NCBI GenBank assembly: GCA_047495785.1
Contig: JBLDXI010000059.1
Location: 62,001 to 126,000, forward strand
Source of the DNA: Lepidodermella squamata
Taxonomy: Eukaryota > Animalia > Gastrotricha
Length of the DNA: 64,000 nucleotides
Direction of reading: 5' to 3'
In this document: one piece after another, positions 39,401-49,837 of the stretch
Layout: each line of letters begins with the position of its first letter
How positions within the stretch are numbered: position 1 is the first letter of the stretch
The notes under the pieces: model-generated
What the model saw: the letters and a program-made list of their open reading frames with translations, nothing else
What the model was told of the DNA's origin: nothing
The model's database searches: none
Made by a program: the position numbers and the translations under genes

Positions 39401-39900
39401 TTGGTCTTTTTTATAGATTTTGAAATAGAATTAAGGTAATTTTGGTAGACAGTTTTTAGATTTTTTGAGCCCTCAGAATTTGTAGGTAAATTATAGTTTG
39501 CGTATGCAAATACTAGTATAGTATAAGATTTCGGGTTGATTTCAAGTACTAGTAAAATGCAATTTTCAGTAAGAATTTCATTTTTTATGCAATTTTTCAA
39601 CCACTTAGGCAAATAGCAGATTAATCCGCCGGAGAGCTTGCGCCCTGCTTTTGCGTTCATTTTTTTAGCTTCAACTTGTATCACATAGTAATTTTCGTAT
39701 TTAGGAATGGAAGATATATCTAGTTTTGCGTGCCAAGATTCAGAGATACACAAGATCACATTACCGTCAGCGAGATTACTGTTTAGGAGAATATTATCAA
39801 TTTCTATTTTTTTGATATGGGATAAGCCCTTTTTAGCTAGAAATAAACCTTGAATATTCAAGTAAATAAAAGTTAGTTTTTCTATTAGAATTTTCAGCAA
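36421..39900 (-). CDS. LINE ORF2: AP endonuclease + reverse transcriptase + C-terminal CCHC finger
   Basis: EN motifs NIQG, ISESW, GDFNSR, IDY, SDH. RT motifs PGID, NYRPITLL, QFGF, IDFSSAFD, GVRQGDPLSPLLF, YADD, YLG. Zinc finger CIFC...HLIFDC. Uninterrupted 1159 codons. Confidence 0.96.
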   Translation of the reverse strand: MLKILIEKLTFIYLNIQGLFLAKKGLSHIKKIEIDNILLNSNLADGNVILCISESWHAKLDISSIPKYENYYVIQVEAKKMNAKAGRKLSGGLICYLPKWLKNCIKNEILTENCILLVLEINPKSYTILVFAYANYNLPTNSEGSKNLKTVYQNYLNSISKSIKKTKKEMEKYKPCEILVMGDFNSRIGTLDNDSLLDSSLPESWQTRNSQDPTITPNSTDFLDFIDSLDLFVLNGRSASDKIGHFTRKPNKNSKTGGSVIDYALASVSSVEKIVDFKVNTNVDLSDHFAIETNLCCEVFEDGSFEKPKPMNRLCLNKKLFASLCQNDLAIRRGNCYETSDTTENLCEDLYFLINQATYVKTYNVRTRIENDTQFFDEECRKKRHELRTAKNHERHHPKCLNFREIRKKIEKEYRALLEEKKAQRERQEWEKTDKFLQLLSETPIDFWELRKQLAKYLKNEEYVEMPSSEDLIAFFKEVFYDKNNENSPKNDYIASISTQAKDPILDAPFEVAEIKACIEAANPNSAPGIDLVDYRCLKMAECETWLYPFLAKLYTTIYNSGVYPKTWKRAILLPIHKKNDKNDPKNYRPITLLSVFCKLFSSLLDKRLRKWLLASEDRNLNPSQFGFQEDLSATDGTTVLYTVLAKHIDKKPCAAFIDFSSAFDTINRPLLLKKLDRRGTSPRFRRIIDEMYTDNSLLLRYKNKLIHDNIIENNTGVRQGDPLSPLLFCLFIDDLIPELLEASPGLTLFSLYVICLLYADDLVLLAKSPQELQKLLDILENFAVRNNLKINVEKTKVMVFHRGSNYKPADFEFKIYNKKIEQVSEFKYLGIILTHNLNFKRCSETAQAKVRRIISQLPDTLRPYKNYFPSNTFRTLYNSYSISHMTYGAGIWGFKLRNSMPLLNILFAKTVLNLPKSARNELVAREFYIEPPKITLLIAALKYYFSLKFRKNNILLQETFTILENNNTLCRHIYKNLRDETAKDNFDHIFDAPSYLVPELIENYKTYLIDRDKSNIFEKLNSFYTNQNLFIEQRLSRWIEYFDVFDITEAQTLAKIRTNSIFKPFQYVLGEMKCIFCEQETLQSVNLLTHLIFDCAATINCTYNYRKKSDFDKTVLLNALCNCESPNSVNLATLLKLILKWRNDYKNRAYPALPNNNN

Positions 39901-39942
39901 TTTTTCATTTTCGGAAAAGACTTGCCCACGGCTGGCCGGTAC

Positions 39943-40776
39943 TTAGCGTTGGCGTCGGTTGATGTTGCGGTTGTTGGCAGGATGTCGTTGGATGTACTTG
40001 CGAGGTTCGTTTTCCGGGTAGACATCGCCGAATCGGTGGTCGTAGTAGAAGCTGCTGTTGTTGTTCGTAATGGCGATTTCGCCCCCTCGAATAAAGTTGA
40101 CCAACATGCCTGGCACTCTAACATCGTCAAGAGTGAGACGCATGAGGTGGCCAACTCGACGCTGGTGAGGCGTCTTGAAGCGAATAAATTTCACGGCTCT
40201 GGGCGGGTTGTTCGCGTTTGGTCGGCTGGTTTCGGCAACCAGTTTTCTCACGAGTTTGATGTTGTGGTAGCCAGGGCACAGCTTGACCATAACGTCTCGC
40301 TGCCTAGCTTCGTTATTTGGCCCCGCTCTAGCAGGAAATTTACCCATTCGCCTGACGAAAATGTTCTTCTCTTTGAATTCGGGTACGGCTTCGCAGATCT
40401 TCGAGTGGAGGTCGTCTAGGCTTTCCCTATCTTCATCGGGTAAGTCCCGCACCACAACAGTTGCGGCGTACTCCTCCTCCTCGCGGGTCGCGTTATCTCG
40501 ACTCATCTCGCCCAGTCTGTCGAAGATCGCCTGTTGGCCGCTGTTGATTGTGGCCACACGCCTCTTCAGGTCTTCGTTCTCGGAAACGAGCTTTTCGATT
40601 TGTTCATTCATTTGCTTGATTTTCTCGTCGTATACTGACCTCACGGCCAGAATTATATTCCGATATTCCGGGTCGTTTCGAATACGCTCCATTTCCGCCG
40701 CCGTTGTTTGAATTGTAAACTCTGTTTCGTCGTCGCTCATTTTCAAGTTGCTAAGGGGATAGGCACCCTTTTTCAC
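39943..40776 (-). CDS. LINE ORF1 (coiled coil + RRM-like nucleic-acid chaperone)
   Basis: Coiled coil IKQMNEQIEKLVSENEDLKRRV, then VVVRDLPDE...RRMGK...RDVMVKL typical of L1/CR1-type ORF1. Lies directly 5' of ORF2; first true ATG probably MSDDETE. Confidence 0.85.
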   Translation of the reverse strand: MKKGAYPLSNLKMSDDETEFTIQTTAAEMERIRNDPEYRNIILAVRSVYDEKIKQMNEQIEKLVSENEDLKRRVATINSGQQAIFDRLGEMSRDNATREEEEYAATVVVRDLPDEDRESLDDLHSKICEAVPEFKEKNIFVRRMGKFPARAGPNNEARQRDVMVKLCPGYHNIKLVRKLVAETSRPNANNPPRAVKFIRFKTPHQRRVGHLMRLTLDDVRVPGMLVNFIRGGEIAITNNNSSFYYDHRFGDVYPENEPRKYIQRHPANNRNINRRQR

Positions 40777-41519
40777 TTGATAATAGCTGGGTTCGCTGAG
40801 TCGCGTGCCAAGTACTGAGCTTTAGAGTTGGTAGGCGCTTGAAGCCGGCAAAAAATCGTGTCGTTATCAAGTGATGTTGATTCCGATTTGCGTCAATGCA
40901 AAGGATAGGCGAACGTTATCAAATATATGTTAACAAATCTCAGAAAATTTAATATTCAATCGCAGCTCAAAGGACTACATAGGAAATTAGCACGGCGTGT
41001 GTGATTTTGAATAAAAATTATAAATTGAAATGAATACAAGGCGATTACACACCTTAAGGACAGACCAAGGTCAGAATTTGATGGGTTGGCGCCAAAGGCT
41101 GGAGCAGCAGGGATGTCTGTCAAAATTTAGCTGAAATACATTTGATAAATCTGGCACAAGGAACCACTGACTCGTGTAAACGAATAAATATTGCAATAAA
41201 TGGCACAGGTGCAGGACGTGATACCTAAAGCCTAAAGAAGCGAAGAAGTTACACAGAAAATCTCGAAATGCCGGGTTCTGCCGCGGAATTTTAATGCTTT
41301 CTCATATACGTTTGTTACTATTAAAAAGCAAAAAACAAATGGTCCTGCTGCGAAAAGAAAACGCGGATCAGTTCAGTACGATGTATGAGTCATCCCATCT
41401 AAAGCCTTGTATTAAAAGAATAAAAAGTTTGTAACAACGTGTTGAGATGATATCAATAAGACTTGAAGCAACAATGGGCGAAATGTTCACTTTTTAAGGA
41501 AAAGCACAAGACGCTGAAG

Positions 41520-44500
41520 ATGAGGAATAGAGCCAATTTTATAGCTTTGATTTTACTCGCAGCTAATAATTTTGCCGACCTTTCTGCCCAACAATTGGGC
41601 TGCTTAGTCCCAACACTGCTCAATGGACGGCTTCGCTTACTGAACGGAACTTCGCTGACAGAGGGGAGGCGAATTTCTGGCGGCGTTTCGGTCGAAATAG
41701 TTTGTCGCACCGGTTTCCTTTTGGATGAACCATCCGTTCTACCTAGAGTGTGCACTCTCGATAGCGAAGACGAATGGGCCGAGGGACATTTCGAACCGAG
41801 TCTCAGTCCTTGCAAACCCCAGCAAAGTATTAAAATGAATTGGTAGCATTAACAGTTTATAACTTCCGCTCACAGTCGTTTTTCAGCATCAGTGTGGCCA
41901 AGTTTCACGACCAGCTCCTTCGACACCAAAAATCAGCGGTGGATCGTATGCCTACGATGGCGAGTATCCTTGGATGGCGAAGTTGGAGATTCAATACGAG
42001 GAGGAGAAAACGCGAGAAAACTGCGGCGCCAGCATTATTGACGCAAATTGGCTGCTCACAGCCGCACATTGCCTTGTACCCGATAGCGGCCGCAAAATCA
42101 TTGCGTAAATTCTCTCAAATCAATTCGAATATCCAATTTACAAACACAAATTACAGAATTAATGTCTTTACTGGCCGAACCAATTTCTCAGCAGCCGTAG
42201 ATGAATCGCGACACCAACAGCGAAGTACCACCAATACGTATTACGTTCACCCTCAGTACGATAACGGCGCCCGAACTTATCAATACGACTTTGCTTTAGT
42301 CAAACTACCCCGACCGTTAGTTTTCTCCGACTACGTTCGACCAATCTGCCTGCCTGAGTCGTGGGGAAAAACTTGCGACAAGTATACCGATCGTCAGGCT
42401 CTTAAAAATGCACCAAAACTTGAAGGCTGTTTAGAGTTTACGGTAGCAGGGTGGGGTAAGACCGAAAATAATCAGCAGTTGTCGAGCGCACTGAAATCCG
42501 TTGATTTGAGTGGGTATTCGCGCGATTTGTGCGAGCAATTGGGCGGCTATCGAAACGTCAGCGCTGCACAATTTTGCGCCGGCTCGATGACACCGGGGCA
42601 AGACGCGTGCGGCGGCGACAGTGGCGGGCCTTTGATGTGCGCCTCTGACGGTGGCAGTCGGTTTTTCGCGGTCGGAGTCGTTTCTTACGGTGGTAAATGT
42701 GGAATTGCCAACCAGCCAGGCGTCTACGCTCGCGTCTGCGTTGCATTGCCGTGGATAAACGAGACGATTTCTGCGATGAAATCGGCAGCTCCAACTTCTA
42801 GTACCAGCATGACAACAACGCGTAGGCGTATAACAACGACGGCGCGACCTGCTGTTGCGTCAACAACGGAGCGAGAAAAAAGCTGTCCGCCACTTTACGA
42901 GGTTTCTTCCCTTCACTCATCTCTGTTCTTCCATCTTCCCTCTACTATTTCATGGCGCCGCGTTGGCCTTTAATTTCTTCCCTTTTATCAGAGACAAATT
43001 TTGAGTCACTGACGAGCTTTCCAATCAGCTTTCGACAAATTTCAATCCAAAATTTTTAAGGCGCATTTTTCTTTCTTACTTTGATATTTATTTTGATATT
43101 TTTTCCTATCACCAATAATATTTTACAAAAGGTTAAAAACGGCAATTTCACACCTGGCGGGCTCAGTATTGGAAGCCGGCGTACGCTAAATTGCGACCCA
43201 GGATTTTCGCCATACCCCGGAAACTACACTGAATGCGAATATGACTCGCCATCACCTAGATTCCGCGCGGCACGCTGGTCAGTCCGTGATCTTCGTTGCA
43301 CCCAAGCTGAACTCTACCAAGAGCTGATAGATGCTTGTAAAATCGCCGACGTTGAAATGGTAAGGCGTGTGATTGAGCGAATCAATTCTTCAGAAGGAGC
43401 TTTTGATCCAAACTGGGAAGATACTGTTAGGCAACACAGCAGCGGCAGCGTTTGCCCTAATATCAATGTCACAATTTATGGCGGATCTTGCATGCATATA
43501 TTAGCCCTTTACAGCTGCGATAACTCGTCGAATCGAGTCGAAATTGCTAACATTTTGTTGCAAGCCGGTAGTAGTTGGAATTATTTCGATGAATCGGACG
43601 ATCCAATACTGGCACCGAAGAATCCGCAAGAATTAGCCATAGCCAATCGACATTCAGGCCTTATAAATGTCTTATACTGCATATCCTCTCAAGGAAATTG
43701 TTACATGGCTACGATGGCCATTAAAATGCAATGTAACGAATGCGTCAATGCTTTGCACTGCACTGATCATATGCTACCCGTCTCGCTTTCTGGCTGGGAA
43801 ATAACGACCGTCAACCATTGCAATAGCCATCAGTCGTATTATCCCGTAGCTGTCGAAGCTAATAATACGTACGTTATCGGGAGAATGCTCGATTTGGGGG
43901 TTGATGTAATCAATGCCGGAGATTTCTCACTCCCATCTAGACCTTCAGCTACCCTGCTGACTTACCTTGCTAAAACCACTCGGAACGCAACGGTGGCTAG
44001 GTTCATATTATCTCGGAATAATACTCGAATATTGCTGACAGCCAAGGACGAATTGGGCTGCACACCTCTCCACTACTCTGCTGAAAGTGATGCCGTCGAT
44101 TTGATTCAGCTGCTAATAGACGCCGGGACACCGATCGATAGCCGTAATTACAGAGGAGCAACTCCTTTGTCGTTCGCGGCTGCTAAAGGAGTCGAATCTG
44201 CTGTTAAAACTCTTCTCTCCGCTCGAGCTTCCTACGACATGCCCAACTTCTATATGGAAACACCGTTGATTTTAGCGGCTCGGGCTGGTCACACAAGCGT
44301 TGTCACTAGATTGATCGAAGTTGGCGCTGACACGAAAGCAAGAGAGAGCAAATCAAATGCAACGGCTTTGATTCAGGCAGCAAAATTGATTGGAAATCAG
44401 GACACAGTGCTAGCTCTTCTTAAAGGTGGAGCCGATGTTAACGCGAAAGATTCTGGCAGCATGACTGCTCTGATGTACGCATCGCGAATCGCCGATACAG

Positions 44501-47500
44501 GATTGTTAGCTCAATTACTCGCGGCGCCTGATATCCAAGTCGATTTGGAAAACAAATATAGAGCAACGCCACTTCACGATGCAGCTGCCCTTGGAAACGC
44601 AAATGCCGTAAAACTTATATTGGACGCTGGGGCGAAAGTAACATCTGCAGCGCTAATAGCCGCAATTTTGAATAAACGCAACGATATAGCCGAATATTTG
44701 TTGTCGCGGGGTGCGGATCCCAATGCACCTGATTCGCGTTGCTATCGAGGGGTCAGACCTATCGAGGCGGCGGCTAGTGCCTATGGCGATGATGTGCAAA
44801 TCGCGCGCCGATTGATAGACCTAGGTGCGGAGGTGGACTCGCCGAATTCTGATGGAAGGACACCGTTAATGTTTGCGGCGGCATTTGGACGAGTCAACTT
44901 GACGCGCTTGCTGTTGGAGCGGGGTGCCAATGCGATGCAACGCGACAAAACAGGCCAAGGCATTCTTACTTCAATGATAGCGCTTGGAAAGTACAAACCT
45001 GATATATTCAAGGTACAGCTTTTACTTGCAACTTGCAAAGGGAAAACTATAAATTACCCAAATATTAGAAATATCAAAAACTGAAATATTGAGATATTTC
45101 AATTTGAGCTATGCATCGGTAATTTATATTATAGGTTCTAGTTGAGCGAGGTGCGTCTGTGAACGATCGTCTATCAGCAACCGGCGCGACGCCTCTTCAC
45201 GTGGCTGCGAAGGTGCGATTGCTAGGAGCTGTCGGCTTTCTTCTTAATGCCAGTGCAAACGTCGATGCCGAAGACCACGAAGGCAAAACGCCATTGATGT
45301 GGCTTGTCAAGGATACTGACAAATACAGCGATTCTGACAGGTTACGAGATATAGCTTTGTTGCTGGTTAACAATGGCGCCACGGTAAATGCGGTAGACGT
45401 TTCCGATCGGACGGCTCTTCATTTCGCCGCCAAGTTCGCCAAGAATGACAAAGTCGTAGATGTTTTGATTGAGTCAGGAGGGGCTGATGTGGCGGCTGTT
45501 GACGGGTAAATCTGCAATATTCTGGTAAATTCTTTATAATTTTCTTTGACATAGCGATGGCGAAACCCCACTCCTGGTTGCCGCTAAATATTTCCCGTCG
45601 TCCTCATACGGGATAGTACAGGATTTGGTGAACAACGGGGCTGATGTCAACAGTCGCAACAACAACGACGAAACAGCCCTCATGCTGTTCACAGCAGCCA
45701 GCAATAATGGTAAAGCAATTTTAGTTCAGATCTTGAAATTTTTTGTATCAGATATATGCCATTTCATAAGCCTAAAATGTGATTATTTATAATAACCGAC
45801 ATTTGCCCCAATTCAAACTTTACCGATCATCTCTGCCCAATCGGCAATCCAGGGAACCTGATAACTCGCAGTTCTTTATATTCGATCCGTATAGCTCCAT
45901 TCCAGAACCACATTTTTTTGGAACGCATCAGTTGGCCGAATTGGGACTTCAAAATGACGTCCTTTGACGTAAAATAGGGTTCAATTCTGTTCGAAAGCCT
46001 TATTGCCCACAAATATTCCCAAACCATATAAGCCTTTTCCGAAGCAATATAATCTTCGGAATTACTCGATATCCACGGCCAACCTTTCAACGACCTTTGT
46101 TGAAGTTCCCTTATTCGCTAAAATTCAGTGAAACTTAGTTCCGATGAGAACACTATTGTCGGATAATTAAAGTCACATTGTAGGTTGTATAGAATGGAAA
46201 ATAAGACAGAAATGTGTCTGATGAAGGAGTTACATCCTTCAAATTCTTGCAAACTTTTCAAACAAGTGATTCGCATTGAATTTTCTCTCCATTTTCAAGC
46301 TTGCCTATGTTGCCTACAATAGCTTTCAATCGATAATATTTGCGGCCTCCTTGAAAACAATATTCAGAGTTGAAACAATTTTATAACCAGGGTTGTGATC
46401 ATAGGAAAAGTGTAAATTTTGCAAACTATCGTTCGATCACAGCCCTGAACGTTATCGAAACGTCTGAAACGTCAGAAATCGAAGCAAACAAAATTTGTAT
46501 CCATGTGTGGCCGATGATCAAGTTTTCTAATTTTTTCTCCTTCTTCCTTCATCTAGAAACCCTTAATTCTAGCGCTGAAGAACGGATTGCTGATGGATTC
46601 GACCTATTGATCAGTGCTGGTGCTGATATCAATGCTAGAAGAGCGAAAAGCGACAATGCCACTGTGCTAATGCTTGCCGGTGGTAGCATTTGGGCTGCGG
46701 TTAGATCGGGAGCTAAGATAAGAAGCCGTTTATTCGTCAAGCTGATTGAGGCCGGAGCTGACGTTAATGCGATCGATGCAGAGAAGCGCACTACGCTAAT
46801 GTGGGCTGCTCAAGGATCCATCTACGATGACGATTCGGGTCCAGTCGGTCAGTTAATCAAGCTTAACGTTCCGATCGGCGCCCAGGATTCCAGCGGCAAA
46901 ACTGCTTTGATATATGCTATTTTAGCCGGATCGTACCCTGTTATTCAATTATTTTGTAACACTCGTGGTGTCGATCTAAAGGTGGCTGACAACGAGGGGG
47001 TCACTCCGCTTATGGTAGCAGCAGCTTCAGACGACGAGAATGAGGAATTACTTCAGCTCTTAGTCAGCATGGGAGCTTCCGTAAATGCAAGAGATAACAA
47101 AAATGCTACGGTTCTCATGCATGCAATTTACACAAAGCGGATCGAAAATGTCAAGCAAATTCTAGAATTTCGAGACGCCGCGACGGCCCAATTCCTGGAA
47201 CTAAAGGATTCCGATGCGCAAACAGCATTTTATACTGCGATTAAGATGGATCAGGCAGAAATTGCGAGTATTTTGCTGAAAAAGGGGGCTGATGCTGCTA
47301 CTAGGGCCAAGGATGGACGAACAGCACTGATGGAGGCAGTTAGCCACGAGAACGTTGAAACAACTCGGGTAAGAACTTTGTGCTGTTTTCCTATTATTTT
47401 TTTATAATGCTGCTATACAGCTGATTCTCGAAAGTGGCCGTTCGAAAGGCGTCGACTCACAAGATGTTAATGGAACAAGCGCACTAATGATGGCAGCAAA

Positions 47501-48044
47501 AACCGGAAATTTAGAGCTGTTGCGTTTGCTTAAAAACATTGGTCTTGCTAGTTCGAATATGCGAGATAATTCCGGAATGTCGGCGGTCATGTTCGCTGTT
47601 GCCAGGGGTCACACCGAAGCAGTAAGACTAGTAATGAACAACGATAATATCACCGCGTACCACGATCCGAGAGGCTTGAATGTTTTAATGTTGGCAGCGG
47701 AGAACGACGACGGGCCAACTTGTTCTGCTCTCCTTATCGATCAATTAGCCAGCACGCAACTTCAAAACGAACGCGATCGTCTCGGCCGAACGGCGCTGAT
47801 CATCGCTGTTCGCAATTTGAATCGCACGGATGGTTACGATGCTGCATCAGCGCTGCTTGACAACATTCAAACGCTACGACAGCAGGATCAGTCAGAGATA
47901 CTTAATGCCAGAGAAATGGCTGTTGAAAGGCCCACGGCGATGAAAATTGCAGCGTCTAGAGGGCTTCGAAACCTAGCTAGACGGCTCTTCTCCATGGGTG
48001 CTAACGATGACACGTGTAAAGATCCCGCCTGTTCAGGCAACTGA
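41520..48044 (+). CDS. Secreted Sushi-trypsin serine protease-Sushi-ankyrin-repeat fusion protein (~1707 aa); exons 41520-41826, 41876-42104, 42157-42901, 43132-45012, 45135-45505, 45555-45709, 46557-47368, 47421-48044
   Basis: Signal peptide; CCP/Sushi domain; CG...K-ISGG activation site; TAAHC, DFAL, DACGGDSGGP (intact triad, S1 Asp); Thr-rich linker; second Sushi split by an intron (CPPLYE|VKNG...C...C...W...C); then about 25 ankyrin repeats. All splice phases are consistent. Confidence 0.8.
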
Positions 48045-48722
48045 TTTCAGCCTTGTGCCTCGTATACCAGCTGCTATTAAATGCTATTTATGTAAATTCA
48101 ATCAATTTCGAAGAATCTTCTCCTGCAAATGATGTTCCGTATTGTTCCAATAGTAGCCCAGTCGCTAATAATCCCCCATTCCTATATATCGCCAATAGTA
48201 GCCCAGGTTTGAGGGGTAGAGTCGGTTCGAAAAGCATTAAAAATGAACAATTCACCACAATTAATAATTTTTAAATTTTTAAATTTTTTAAAGTCATAGG
48301 CTGCTAAAAGCGTTAAAAAATTGCGTATCTTTCATCTCCAAGTTCACCCAAGAAAATAAAAATTCTCACGGTAGAGAACCCTGGTAAAATCCGATGGATT
48401 GTTCATTGTTCGGTAATTTAGGCTATTTTACCTGCTTCAACTGGATTTCCTCTTATTGGTTCTTTCTTTTTGACCACTTTCATAGTTGAAGCGATTCCAT
48501 TCTGACTCCACATTTCCCTGTAATTGCCTCCTTTCTTTGAGTGGAACGCCATGTAAAAACTCGTAAAAATCAGCCAACTTTATTCATAAATTAACAATGA
48601 GTTTTGATGCCGAGTTTTGAAAATAATATAATTCAACGATAAAATATCCAAAAAGGCGACAAGAAAGAAAAATTAGTCTCTGAATAGTTTTCCAGTTATT
48701 ATCGAGTTTTGAAAGACCGAAA

Positions 48723-49714
48723 TTAGTCGGAGTTTTTAATCATGATCTGAACCAGCAGCTTTTCGATTTCGCAAACAGGAGTTTCGTTGCTTGGACCTGG
48801 CTCTTGTAAACGAAGCCTCTTCGCCCTTTTCGCACGAGACTTGTTAAGCTCGGCATCATTATTCGGAATTGCCAAGTTCGTCTTATTGAGCTCACTGCGT
48901 TCTGGAAATTAAGATGAATAATAATCAAGCTGAAATAGATATCCGCAAAATACCGTTGGAGTAAATAGTCGACAGACGAGATGATGGGAAGAAATCAACG
49001 CAATCGCGCGAGCGTTTCCGATTCGAACCTGAAATATGAGCCATAATTATACAACACTGAATTTTACGATCACAGGCCTACCAGGTATCGGGGTAGAAAA
49101 CTTTATTCCAGAGTTGCTTTCTGTTTGATTTTTCTCTGGCGATTCCGCAAAATTGAAGGCTAGAAAAATTGCCGTCATATAGTCGATAATCCTGCGAGAA
49201 ATCTCATCAGCCTACCTAACTGGGGTACTTCATCTTTCGTGAACGGTTCAATTAGTGACGATTCCGCTTGTTGTGAAGAGACAGGGCGGTGTATACTTTC
49301 GGCTTCGCGTTGTCGTAAGGCAGATGCAAATGCTTCGAACTGCAATGTAAATAGGTATCATGATTTAAGACAGGTCTCCAGGTAATTTATGCAGTCACCT
49401 GAATTCGGCGTTCCGCTTCAATGACATCTTCAATTTCTTTGTCGTCAACGAAGCGGCTCATTTCAGGGCTCGGAAGCAAATCGCTAGACGAGTTTCCGTT
49501 TTCATCGCCAGGACGAATTGCGGAAACTGACCATTGACTGGTGATTACGGGTTTTCTTGTGTTTGCAGCTAAAACCGAAGATATAATTTACAAGTGACCA
49601 GAAAAACGAAAAAGATCACAAACTATAAATAGTTGATTCTAATATTTTCATGTCCTTTTTCAAGCTCGCCATGATAGCTGAGTCTTTGGTTCCGTTTTCA
49701 CGATTTGCAGCCAT
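48723..49714 (-). CDS. Uncharacterised 6-exon protein (~238 aa); exons 49714-49624, 49568-49399, 49339-49216, 49159-49082, 49028-48954, 48901-48723
   Basis: Five ~50-60-nt GT-AG introns with matching phases give one stop-free frame: MAANRENGTKDSAIMASLKKDMKILESTIY...VIEAERRIQFEAFASALRQRE...NRKRSRD...RAKRAKRLRLQE...KNSD*. The 3' end may extend further. Confidence 0.72.
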
Positions 49715-49837
49715 TAATGAAAACAAACGCCCTATTCATAGAAAATTACAAGTATTTGTAGAAACATGAACGAAATCGTTTTATTCTCAGTGTTTAAATT
49801 TTATTATCAAACAGAAAGCAACAAAGATCGAATTTCA

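Larger units (their letters stand above)
36396..40928 (-). mobile_element. Apparently full-length non-LTR retrotransposon (LINE; APE-RT type, clade unresolved, CR1/L2/RTE-X-like)
   Basis: ORF1 plus ORF2. Degenerate (ATG)-rich 3' tail right after the ORF2 stop (TGATAAATGATGGAAATGATGAAAATG). Candidate 7-bp TSD GTTAACA at 36389-36395 and 40929-40935; boundaries are tentative. Confidence 0.88.

Noticed and set aside
37787-40711. Plus-strand ORFs antisense to the LINE
   Set aside because: Shadow ORFs of the long minus-strand frames with no motifs. The same applies to antisense ORFs over EXOC7, BBS1, GOLGA5 and Prop.
41840-42104. Apparent frameshift or pseudogene in the protease (ORF track lacks the catalytic His)
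   Set aside because: The TAAHC exon is in another frame and is joined by canonical 49-nt and 52-nt introns, so the gene is intact.
43081-43131. Independent start and signal peptide MIFILIFFPITNN for the ankyrin ORF
   Set aside because: It has a TTG start and is the translated polypyrimidine tract of the intron ending at 43131.
45779-46500. ORFs within the 847-nt intron of the protease-ankyrin gene
   Set aside because: No recognisable domain or usable splice phases; probably a decayed repeat.
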